This document shows, piece by piece, positions 52,501 through 64,000 of a stretch of 64,000 nt of DNA (position 1 is the first letter of the stretch; each line of letters begins with the position of its first letter). The DNA is from Eledone cirrhosa (lineage: Eukaryota): NCBI GenBank assembly GCA_964016885.1, contig OZ024742.1:370884001-370948000 (forward strand), in the 5' to 3' direction. The notes below the pieces were generated by a model. It was not told where the DNA came from, did no database searches, and saw only the letters and a list, made by a program, of their open reading frames with translations. The translations under genes were made by a program, and so were the position numbers.

Positions 52501-55500
52501 TGAAAACACACATCTGGTCTTCAGCAGTGTGTTAGACAGTGTCACCTTAGCTGAGCAATGAAAACACACATATGGCCTTCAGCAGTATGTTAGACAGTGT
52601 CACCTTAGCTGAGCAATGAAAACACGCCTCTGGCCTTCAGCAGTGTGTTAGACAGTGTCACCTTAGCTGAGCAATGAAAACACACATATGGCCTTCAGCA
52701 GTGTGTTAGACAGTGTCACCTTAGCTGAGCAATGAAAACACACATCTGGCCTTCAGCAGTGTGTTAGACAGTGTCACCTTAGCTGAGCAATGAAAACACA
52801 CATATGGCCTTCAGCAGTGTGTTAGACAGTGTCACCTTAGCTGAGCAATGAAAACAAACATATGGCCTTCAGCAGTATGTTAGACAGTGTCACCTTAGCT
52901 GGGCAATGAAAACACGCCTCTGGCCTTCAGCAGTGTGTTAGACAGTGTCACCTTAGCTGGGCAATGAAAACGCACCTCTGGGCTTCAGCAGTGTGTTAGG
53001 CAGTGTCACCTTAGCTGAGCAATGAAAACACACATGTGGCCTTCAGCAGTGTGTTAGACAGTGTCACCTTAGCTGAGCAATGAAAACACACATCTGACCT
53101 TCAGCAGTGTGTTAGACAGTGTCACCTTAGCTGAGCAATGAAAACACACATCTAGCCTTCAGCAGTGTGTTAGACAGTGTCACCTTAGCTGAGCAATGAA
53201 AACACACCTCTGGTCTTCAGCAGTGTGTTAGACAGTGTCAACTTAGCTGAGCAATGAAAACACGCCTCTGGCCTTCAGCAGTATGTTAGACAGTGTCACC
53301 TTAGCTGAGCAATGAAAACACGTCTCTGGCCTTCAGCAGTGTGTTAGACAGTGTCACCTTAGCTGAGCAATAAAAACACGCCTCTGGCCTTCAGCAGTGT
53401 GTTAGACAGTGTCACCTTAGCTGAGCAATGAAAACACACATCTGGCCTTCAACAGTGTGTTAGACAATATCACCTTAGCTGAGCAATGAAAACACACATC
53501 TGGCCTTCAGCAGTGTGTTAGACAGTGTCACCTTAGCTGAGCAATGAAAACACGCCTCTTGCCTTCAGCAGTGTGTTAGACAGTGTCACCTTAGCTGAGC
53601 AATGAAAACACACCTCTGGCCTTCAGCAGTGTGTTAGACAGTGTCACCTTAGCTGAGCAATGAAAACACACATCTGGCCTTCAGCAGTGTGTTAGACAGT
53701 GTCACCTGAGCTGAGCAATGAAAACACACCTCTGGCCTTCAGCATTGTGCTAGACAGTGTCACCTTAGCTGAGCAATGACAACACACCTCTAGCCTTCAG
53801 CAGTTTGCTAGACAGTGTCAGCTTAGCTGAACAATGAAAACACACATCTGGTCTTCAGCAGTGTGTTAGACAGTGTCACCTTAGCTGAGCAATGAAAACA
53901 CACATCTGGCCTTCAGCCGTATGCTAGACAGTGTCACCTTAGCTGAGCAATGAAAACACACATCTGGCCTTCAGCAGTGTGTTAGACAATGTCACCTGAG
54001 CTGAGCAATGAAAACACACCTCTGGCTTTCAGCAGTGTGTTAGACAGTGTCCCCTTAGCTGAGCAATGAAAACACACCTCTGGCCTTCAGCAGTGTGTTA
54101 GGCAGTGTCACCTTAGCTGAGCAATGAAAACATACCTCTGGTCTTCAGCAGTGTGTTAGACAGTGTCCCCTGAGCTGAGCAATGAAAACACACCTCTGGC
54201 CTTCAGCAGTGTGTTAGGCAGTGTCACCTTAGCTGAGCAATGAAAACGCACCTCTGGGCTTCAGCAGTGTGTTAGACAGTGTCACCTTAGCTGAGCAATG
54301 AAAAAACACCTCTGGCCTTCAGCAGTGTGTTAGACATTGTCACCTTAGCTGAGCAATGAAAACCACCTCTGGGCTTCAGCAGTGTGTTAGACAGTGTCAC
54401 CTTAGCTGAGCAATGAAAACACACATCTGGTCTTCAGCAGTGTGTTAGACAGTGTCACCTGAGCTGAGCAATGAAAACACACATCTGGCCTTGAGCAGTG
54501 TGTTAGACAGTGTCACCTTAGCTGAGCAATGAAAACACACATATGGCCTTCAGCAGTATGTTAGACAGTGTCACCTTAGCTGAGCAATTAAAACACGCTT
54601 CTGGCCTTCAGCAGTGTGTTAGACGGTGTCACCTTAGCTGAGCAATGAAAACACACATCTGGCCTTCAGCAGTGTGTTAGACAGTGTCACCTTAGCTGGG
54701 CAATGAAAACACGCCTCTGGCCTTCAGCAGTGTGTTAGACAGTGTCACCTTAGCTGGGCAATGAAAACGCACCTCTGGGCTTCAGCAGTGTGTTAGGCAG
54801 TGTCACCTTAGCTGAGCCATGAAAACACACATGTGGCCTTCAGCAGTGTGTTAGATAGTGTCACCTTAGCTGAACAATGAAAACACGCCTCTGGCCTTCA
54901 GCAGTGTGTTAGACAGTGTCACCTTAGCTGAGCAATGAAAACACACATCTGGCCTTCAGCAGTGTGTTAGACAGTGTCACCTTAGCTGAGCAATGAAAAC
55001 ACACATCTAGCCTTCAGCAGTGTGTTAGACAGTGTCACCTTAGCTGAGCAATGAAAACACACCTCTGGTCTTCAGCAGTGTGTTAGACAGTGTCAACTTA
55101 GATGAGCAATGAAAACACGCCTCTGGCCTTCAGCAGTATGTTAGACAGTGTCACCTTAGCTGAGCAATGAAAACACGTCTCTGGCCTTCAGCAGTGTGTT
55201 AGACAGTGTCACCTTAGCTGAGCAATGAAAACACGCCTCTGGCCTTCAGCAGTGTGTTAGACAGTGTCACCTTAGCTGAGCAATGAAAACACACATCTGG
55301 CCTTCAACAGTGTGTTAGACAATATCACCTTAGCTGAGCAATGAAAACACACATCTGGCCTTCAGCAGTGTGTTAGACAGTGTCACCTTAGCTGAGCAAT
55401 GAAAACACGCCTCTTGCCTTCAGCAGTGTGTTAGACAGTGTCACCTTAGCTGAGCAATGAAAACACACATCTGGCCTTCAGCAGTGTGTTAGACAGTGTC

Positions 55501-57300
55501 ACCTTAGCTGAGCAATGAAAACACACATCTGGCCTTCAGCAGTGTGTTAGACAGTGTCACCTGAGCTGAGCAATGAAAACACACCTCTGGCCTTCAGCAT
55601 TGTGCTAGACAGTTTCACCTTAGCTGAGCAATGACAACACACCTCTAGCCTTCAGCAGTTTGCTAGACAGTGTCAGCTTAGCTGAACAATGAAAACACAC
55701 ATCTGGTCTTCAGCAGTGTGTTAGACAGTGTCACCTTAGCTGAGCAATGAAAACACACATCTGGCCTTCAGCCGTATGCTAGACAGTGTCACCTTAGCTG
55801 AGCAATGAAAACACACATCTGGCCTTCAGCAGTGTGTTAGACAATGTCACCTGAGCTGAGCAATGAAAACACACCTCTGGCTTTCAGCAGTGTGTTAGAC
55901 AGTGTCCCCTTAGCTGAGCAATGAAAACACACCTCTGGCCTTCAGCAGTGTGTTAGGCAGTGTCACCTTAGCTGAGCAATGAAAACATACCTCTGGTCTT
56001 CAGCAGTGTGTTAGACAGTGTCCCCTGAGCTGAGCAATGAAAACACACCTCTGGCCTTCAGCAGTGTGTTAGGCAGTGTCACCTTAGCTGAGCAATGAAA
56101 ACGCACCTCTGGGCTTCAGCAGTGTGTTAGACAGTGTCACCTTAGCTGAACAATGAAAAAACACCTCTGGCCTTCAGCAGTGTGTTAGACAGTGTCACCT
56201 TAGCTGAGCAATGAAAACCACCTCTGGGCTTCAGCAGTGTGTTAGACAGTGTCACCTTAGCTGAGCAATGAAAACACACATCTGGTCTTCAGCAGTGTGT
56301 TAGACAGTGTCACCTGAGCTGAGCAATGAAAACACACATCTGGCCTTGAGCAGTGTGTTAGACAGTGTCACCTTAGCTGAGCAATGAAAACACACATATG
56401 GCCTTCAGCAGTATGTTAGACAGTGTCACCTTAGCTGAGCAATTAAAACACGCTTCTGGCCTTCAGCAGTGTGTTAGACGGTGTCACCTTAGCTGAGCAA
56501 TGAAAACACACATCTGGCCTTCAGAAGTGTGTTAGACAGTGTCACCTTAGCTGAGCAATGAAAACACGCCACTGGCCTTCAGCAGTGTGTTAGACAGTGT
56601 CACCTTAGCTGACAATGAAAACACACCTCTGGCCTTCAGCAGTGTGTTAGAGAGTGTCACCTTAGCTGAGCAATAGAAGCACACATATGGCCTTCAGCAG
56701 TGTGTTAGACAGTGTCACCTTAGCTGAGCAATGAAAACACACATCTGGCCTTCAGCAGTGTGTTAGACAGTGTCACCTTAGCTGAGCAATGACAACACAC
56801 CTCTGGCCTTCAGCAGTGTGTTAGACAGTGTCACCTTAGCTGAGCAATGAAAACACACATCTGGCCATCAGCAGTGTGTTAGACAGTGTCACCTTATTTG
56901 AGCAATGAAAACACACATCTGGTCTTCAGCAGTGTGTTAGACAGTGTCACCTGAGCTGAGCAATGAAAACACACCTCTGGCCTTCAGCATTGTGCTAGAC
57001 AGTGTCACCTTAGCTGAGCAATGACAACACACCTCTAGCCTTCAGCAGTTTGCTAGACATTGTCAGCTTAGCTGAACAATGAAAACACACATCTGGCCTT
57101 CAGCAGTGTGTTAGACAGTGTCACCTTAGCTGAGCAATGAAAACACACATCTGGTCTTCAGCAGTGTGTTAGACAGTGTCACCTTAGCTGAGCAATGAAA
57201 ACACACATCTGGCCTTCAGCCGTATGCTAGACAGTGTCACCTTAGCTGAGCAATGAAAACACACATCTGGCCTTCAGCAGTGTGTTAGACAGTGTCACCT
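43600..57300 (+). repeat. About three copies of a 75-80-monomer super-repeat, each made of two related sub-blocks of roughly 31-32 and 43-48 monomers
   Basis: The marker AGCCATGAAAACACACATGTGG...GATAGTG lies at 45831, 50178 and 54815 (spacings 4,347 and 4,637). The AATATCACC marker lies at 44539, 46337, 50684, 53466 and 55321. Confidence 0.8.
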
Positions 57301-60300
57301 GAGCTGAGCAATGGAAACACACATCTGGTCTTCAGCAGTGTGTTAGACAGTGTCACCTGAGCCGAGCAATGAAAACACACATCTGGCCTTCAGCAGTATG
57401 TTAGACAGTGTCACCTTAGCTGAGCAATGAAAACACGCTTCTGGCCTTCAGCAGTGTGTTAGACAGTGTCACCTTAGCTGAGCAATGAAAACACACATCT
57501 GGCCTTCAGAAGTGTGTTAGACAGTGTCACCTTAGCTGAGCAATGAAAACACGCCACTGTCCTTCAGCAGTGTGTTAGACAGTGTCACCTTAGCTTACAA
57601 TGAAAACACACCTCTGGCCTTCAGCAGTGTGTTAGAGAGTGTCACCTTAGCTGAGCAATAGAAGCACACATATGGCCTTCAGCAGTGTGTTAGACAGTGT
57701 CACCTTAGCTGAGCAATGAAAACACACATCTGGCCTTCAGCAGTGTGTTAGACAGTGTCACCTTAGCTGAGCAATGAAAACACGCAACTGGCCTTCAGCA
57801 GTGTGTTAGACAGTGTCACCTTAGCTGACAATGAAAACACACCTCTGGCCTTCAGCAGTGTGTTAGAGAGTGTCACCTTAGCTGAGCAATAGAAGCACAC
57901 ATATGGCCTTCAGCAGTGTGTTAGACAGTGTCACCTTAGCTGAGCAATGAAAACACACATCTGGCCTTGAGCAGTGTGTTAGACAGTGTCACCTTAGCTG
58001 AGCAATGAAAACACGCCTCTGGCCTTCAGCTGCGTGTTAGACAGTGTCACCTTAGCTGAACAATGAAAACACACATTTGGTCTTCAGCAGTGTGTTAGAC
58101 AGTGTCACCTGAGCTGAGCAATGAAAACACACCTCTGGCCTTCAGCATTGTGCTAGACAGTGTCACCTTAGCTGAGCAATGACAACACACCTCTAGACTT
58201 CAGCAGTTTGCTAGACATTGTCAGCTTAGCTGGACAATGAAAACACACATCTGGCCTTCAGCAGTGTGTTAGACAGTGTCACCTTAGCTGAGCAATGAAA
58301 ACACACATCTGGTCTTCAGCAGTGTGTTAGACAGTGTCACCTTAGCTGAGCAATGAAAACACACATCTGGTCTTCAGCAGTGTGTTAGACAGTGTCACCT
58401 TAGCTGAGCAATGAAAACACACATATGGCCTTCAGAAGTGTGTTAGACAGTGTCACCTTAGCTGAGCAATGAAAACACGCCACTGGCCTTCAGCAGTGTG
58501 TTAGACAGTGTCACCTTAGCTGACAATGAAAACACACCTCTGGCCTTCAGCAGTGTGTTAGAGAGTGTCACCTTAGCTGAGCAATAGAAGCACACATCTG
58601 GCCTTCAGCAGTGTGTTAGACAGTGTCACCTTAGCTGAGCAATGACAACACACCTCTGGCCTTCAGCAGTGTGTTAGACAGTGTCACCTCAGCTGAGCAA
58701 TGAAAACACACATCTGGCCTTCAGCAGTGTGTTAGACAGTGTCACCTTAGCTGAGCAATGAAAACACACATCTGGCCATCAGCAGTGTGTTAGACAGTGT
58801 CACCTTATCTGAGCAATGAAAACACACATCTGGTCTTCAGCAGTGTGTTAGACAGTGTCACCTGAGCTGAGCAATGAAAACACACCTCTGGCCTTCAGCA
58901 TTGTGCTAGACAGTGTCACCTTAGCTGAGCAATGACAACACACCTCTAGCCTTCAGCAGTGTGTTAGACATTGTCAGCTTAGCTGAACAATGAAAACACA
59001 CATCTGGCCTTCAGCAGTGTGTTAGACAGTGTCACCTTAGCTGAGCAATGAAAACACACATCTGGTCTTCAGCAGTGTGTTAGACAGTGTCACCTTAGCT
59101 GAGCAATGAAAACACACATCTGGCCTTCAGCCGTATGCTAGACAGTGTCACCTTAGCTGAGCAATGAAAACACACATCTGGCCTTCAGCAGTGTGTTTGA
59201 CAGTGTCACCTGAGCTGAGCAATGAAAACACACCTCTGGCCTTCAGCAGTGTGTTAGACAGTGTCCCCTTAGCTGAGCAATGAAAACACACCTCTGGCCT
59301 TCAGCAGTTTGCTAGACAGTGTCACCTTAGCTGAGCAATGAAAACACACATCTGGCCTTCAGCAGTGTGTTAGACAGTGTCACCTTAGCTGAGCAATGAA
59401 AACATACCTCTGGTCTTCAGCAGTGTGTTAGACAGTGTCACCTGAGCTGAGCAATGAAAACACAACTCTGGCCTTCAGCAGTGTGCTAGACAGTGTCACC
59501 TTAGCTGAGCAATGAAAACACGCCTCTAGCCTTCAGCAGTTTGCTAGACAGTGTCACCTTAGCTGAACAATGAAAACACACATCTGGCCTCCAGCAGTGT
59601 GTTAGACAGTGTCACCTTAGCTGAGCAATGAAAACACACATCTGGTCTTCAGCAGTGTGTTAGACAGTGTCACCTTAGCTGAGCAATGAAAACACGCCTC
59701 TGGCCTTCAGCTGTGTGTTAGACAGTGTCACCTTAGCTGAGCAATGAAAACACGCCTCTGGCCTTCAGCTGTGTGTTAGACAGTGTCACCTTAGCTGAGC
59801 AATGAAAACACACCTCTGGGCTTCAGCAGTGTGTTAGACAGTGTCACCTTAGCTGAGCAATGAGAACACACATCTGGTCTTCAGCAGTGTGTTAGACAGT
59901 GTCACCTGAGCTGAGCAATGAAAACACACATCTGGTCTTCAGCAGTGTGTTAGACAGTGTCACCTTAGCTGAGCAATGAAAACACGCCTCTAGCCTTCAG
60001 CTGTGTGTTAGACAGTGTCACCTTAGCTGAGCAATGAAAACACACCTCTGGTCTTCAGCAGTGTGTTAGACAGTGTCACCTTAGCTGAGCAATGAAAACA
60101 CACATATGGCCTTCAGCAGTGTGTTAGACAGTGTCACCTTAGCTGAGCAATGAAAACACACATATGGCCTTCAGCAGTATGTTAGACAGTGTCACCTTAG
60201 CTGAGCAATGAAAACACGCCTCTGGCCTTCAGCAGTGTGTTAGAAAGTGTCGCCTTAGCTGAACAATGAAAACACACATCTGGCCTTCAGCAGTGTGTTA

Positions 60301-60639
60301 GACAGTGTCAACTTAGCTGAGCAATGAAAACACGCCTCTGGCCTTCAGCAGTGTGTTAGACAGTGTCACCTTAGCTGAGCAATGAAAACACGCCTCTGGC
60401 CTTCAGCTGTGTGTTAGACAGTGTCACCTTAGCTGAACAATGAAAACACACATATGGCCTTCAGCAGTATGTTAGACTGTGTCACCTTAGCTGAGCAATG
60501 AAAACACGCTTCTGGCCTTCAGCAGTGTGTTAGACAGTGTCACCTTAGCTGAGCAATGAAAACACACCTCTGGCCTTCAGCAGTGTGTTAGACAGTGTCA
60601 CCTTAGCTGAGCGATGAAAACACGCCACTGGCCTTCAGC

Positions 60640-63240
60640 AGTGTGTTAGACAGTGTCACCTTAGCTGACAATGAAAACACAGCTCTGGCCTTCAGCAGTG
60701 TGTTAGAGAGTGTCACCTTAGCTGAGCAATAGAAGCACACATATGGCCTTCAAGAGTGTGTTAGACAGTGTCACCTTAGCTGAGCAATGAAAACACACAT
60801 CTGGCCTTCAGCAGTGTGTTAGACAGTGTCACCTTAGCTGAGCAATGACAACACACCTCTGGCCTTCAGCAGTGTGTTAGACAGTGTCACCTTAGCTGAG
60901 CGATGAAAACACACATCTGGCCTTCAGCAGTGTGTTAGACAGTGTCACCTGAGCTGAGCAATGAAAACAAGCCTCTGGCCTTCAGCATTGTGCTAGACAG
61001 TGTCACCTTAGCTGAGCAATGACAACACACCTCTAGCCTTCAGCAGTTTGCTAGACATTGTCAGCTTAGCTGAACAATGAAAACACACATCTGGCCTTCA
61101 GCAGTGTGTTAGACAGTGTCACCTTAGCTGAGAAATGAAAACACACATCTGGTCTTCAGCAGTGTGTTAGACAGTGTGACCTTAGCTGAGCAATGAAAAC
61201 ACACATCTGGCCTTCAGCCGTATGCTAGACAGTGTCACCTTAGCTGAGCAATGAAAACACACATCTGGCCTTCAGCAGTGTGTTAGACAGTGTCTCCTGT
61301 GCTGAGCTATGAAAACACACCTCTGGCCTTCAGCAGTATGTTAGACAGTGTCCCCTTAGCTGAGCAATGAAAACACACCTCTGGCCTTCAGCAGTTTTCT
61401 AGACAGTGTCACCTTAGCTGAGCAATGAAAACACACATCTGGCCTTCAGCAGTGTGTTAGACAGTGTCACCTTAGCTGAGCAATGAAAACATACCTATGG
61501 TCTTCAGCAGTGTGTTAGACAGTGTCACCTTAGCTGAGCAATGAAAACACGCCTCTGGCCTTCAGCAGTGTGTTAGACAGTGTCACCTTAGCTGAGCAAT
61601 GAAAACACGCCTCTGGCCTTCAGCTGTGTGTTAGACAGTGTCACCTTAGCTGAGCAATGAAAAGACACCTCTGGGCTTCAGCAGTGTGTTAGACAGTGTC
61701 ACCTTAGCTGAGCAATGAAAAAACACCTCTGGCCTTCAGCAGTGTGTTAGACAGCGTCACCTTAGCTGAGCAATGAAAACACACATATGGCCTTGAGCAG
61801 TGTGTTAGACAGTGTCACCTTAGCTGAGCAATGAAAACACACATATGGCCTTCAGCAGTTTTCTAGACAGTGTCACCTTAGCTGAGCAATGAAAACACAC
61901 ATCTGGCCTTCAGCAGTGTGTTAGACAGTGTCACCTTAGCTGAGCAATGAAAACATACCTATGGTCTTCAGCAGTGTGTTAGACAGTGTCACCTTAGCTG
62001 AGCAATGAAAACACGCCTCTGGCCTTTAGCTGTGTGTTAGACATTGTCACCTTAGCTGAGCAATGAAAACACACATATGGCCTTCAGCAGTGTGTTAGAC
62101 AGTGTCACCTTAGCTGAGCAATGAAAACACACATATGGCCTTCAGCAGTGTGTTAGACAGTGTCACCTTAGCTGAGCAATGAAAACACACATATGGCCTT
62201 CAGCAGTATGTTAGACAGTGTCACCTTAGCTGAGCAATGAAAACACGCCTCTGGCCTTCAGCAATGTGTTAGAAAGTGTCACCTTAGCTGAACAATGAAA
62301 ACACACATCTGGCCTTCAGCAGTGTGTTAGACAGTGTCACCTTAGCTGAGCAATGAAAACACACATCTGGCCTTCAGCAGTGTGTTAGACAGTGTCACAT
62401 TAGCTGAGCAATGAAAACACACATCTGGCCTTCAGCAGTGTGTTAGACAGTGTCACATTAGCTGAGCAATGAAAACACACATCTGGTCTTCAGCAGTGTG
62501 TTAGACAGTGTCACCTTAGCTGAGCAATGAAAACAGACATCTGGCCTTCAGCAGTGTGTTAGACAGTGTCACCTTAGCTGACAATGAAAACACACCTCTG
62601 GCCTTCAGCAGTGTGTTAGAGAGTGTCACCTTAGCTGAGCAATAGAAGCACACATATGGCCTTCAAGAGTGTGTTAGACAGTGTCACCTTAGCTGAGCAA
62701 TGAAAACACACATCTGGCCTTCAGCAGTGTGTTAGACAGTGTCACCTTAGCTGAGCAATGACAACACACCTCTGGCCTTCAGCAGTGTGTTAGACAGTGT
62801 CACCTTAGCTGAGCGATGAAAACACACATCTGGCCTTCAGCAGTGTGTTAGACAGTGTCACCTGAGCTGAGCAATGAAAACAAGCCTCTGGCCTTCAGCA
62901 TTGTGCTAGACAGTGTCACCTTAGCTGAGCAATGACAACACACCTCTAGCCTTCAGCAGTTTGCTAGACATTGTCAGCTTAGCTGAACAATGAAAACACA
63001 CATCTGGCCTTCAGCAGTGTGTTAGACAGTGTCACCTTAGCTGAGCAATGAAAACACACATCTGGTCTTCAGCAGTGTGTTAGACAGTGTGACCTTAGCT
63101 GAGCAATGAAAACACACATCTGGCCTTCAGCCGTATGCTAGACAGTGTCACCTTAGCTGAGCAATGAAAACACACATCTGGCCTTCAGCAGTGTGTTAGA
63201 CAGTGTCTCCTGAGCTGAGCTATGAAAACACACCTCTGGC
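60640..63240 (+). repeat. Non-adjacent duplicate of a run of about 12 monomers (about 60640-61330 and 62560-63240)
   Basis: CAAGAGTGTG at 60751/62664 (offset 1,913 = 33 x 58 - 1), followed in both places by the GAGCGATG, AACAAGCCTC, GTGTGACC and GTCTCCTG...GAGCTATG variants in the same order. Confidence 0.8.
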
Positions 63241-64000
63241 CTTCAGCAGTGTGTTAGAAAGTGTCACCTTAGCTGAACTATGAAAACACACATCTGGCCT
63301 TCAGCAGTGTGTTAGACAGTGTCACCTTAGCTGAGCAATGAAAACACACATCTGGCCTTCAGCAGTGTGTTAGACAGTGTCACCTTAGCTGAGCAATGAA
63401 AACACGTCTCTGGCCTTCAGCAGTGCGTTAGACAGTGTCACCTTAGCTGAGCAATGAAAACACACATCTGGCCTTCAGCAGTGCGTTAGACAGTGTCACC
63501 TTAGCTGAGCAATGAAAACACACATCTGGCCTTCAGCAGTGTGTTAGACAGTGTCACCTTAGCTGAGCAATGAAAACACACATCTGGCCTTCAGCAGTGT
63601 GTTAGACAGTGTCACATTAGCTGAGCAATGAAAACACACATCTGGTCTTCAGCAGTGTGTTAGACAGTGTCAACTTAGCTGAGCAATGAAAACACACATC
63701 TGGCCTTCAGCAGTGTGTTAGACAGTGTCACATTAGCTGAGCAATGAAAACACACATCTGGTCTTCAGCAGTGTGTTAGACAGTGTCAACTTAGCTGAGC
63801 AATGAAAACACACATCTGGCCTTTAGCAGTGTGTTAGACAGTGTCACCTTAGCTGAGCAATGAAAACAGACATCTGGCCTTCAGCAGTGTGTTAGACAGC
63901 GTCACCTTAGCTGAGCTATGAAAACACACATCTGGCCTTCAGCAGTGTGTTAGACAGGGTTACCTTAGCTGAGCAATGAAAACACACATATGGCCTTCAG

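Larger units (their letters stand above)
1..64000 (+). repeat. Satellite DNA array: 58-bp monomer, about 1,104 head-to-tail copies in one orientation, truncated by both window edges
   Basis: TGTTAGACAG recurs at 1, 59, 117 and so on (period 58). Phase tracking to the window end gives 1,103 full monomers plus 53 bp with a net loss of 27 bp. This matches the 28 one-base deletions and one one-base insertion (near 331-341) that I counted. Monomers usually differ from the consensus by only a few substitutions, and no non-repeat sequence is seen. Confidence 0.99.

Noticed and set aside
1-64000. CRISPR array (constant part plus variable part)
   Set aside because: The variable part is only point variants of one sequence. 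There are no unique spacers, leader or cas genes.
1-64000. Long repetitive protein-coding gene
   Set aside because: The period of 58 is not a multiple of 3, and the consensus has stops in all three frames on both strands (plus: TAG 4, TAG 19, TGA 23, TGA 30; minus: TGA, TAA, TGA, TAA).
1-64000. Telomeric repeats or CENP-B box
   Set aside because: TTAG and occasional TTAGGC are isolated, never tandem. The CENP-B box needs two CpG-containing motifs that are absent.

Overview
The whole 64-kb window is one uninterrupted head-to-tail tandem array of a 58-bp monomer (satellite DNA), about 1,104 copies, running off both ends. The consensus is TGTTAGACAGTGTCACCTTAGCTGAGCAATGAAAACACACATCTGGCCTTCAGCAGTG (about 47% GC, no CpG). 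I see no genes, RNA genes, transposon insertions, inversions or CRISPR spacers, and the consensus has stop codons in all six frames. I cannot name the satellite family or the organism; a eukaryote with CpG methylation is only an inference. The real information is in the order of monomer variants. It records nested recent duplications of 25 to 88 monomers, an eroded older higher-order repeat of about 37-46 monomers, and a layered layout in which a 38-57 kb expansion sits between related older sequence. The monomer is rich in dyad symmetry and carries an 11-codon micro-ORF. I found no convincing evidence of a new gene-based system. All offsets were counted by hand from diagnostic variants, so block boundaries are approximate.
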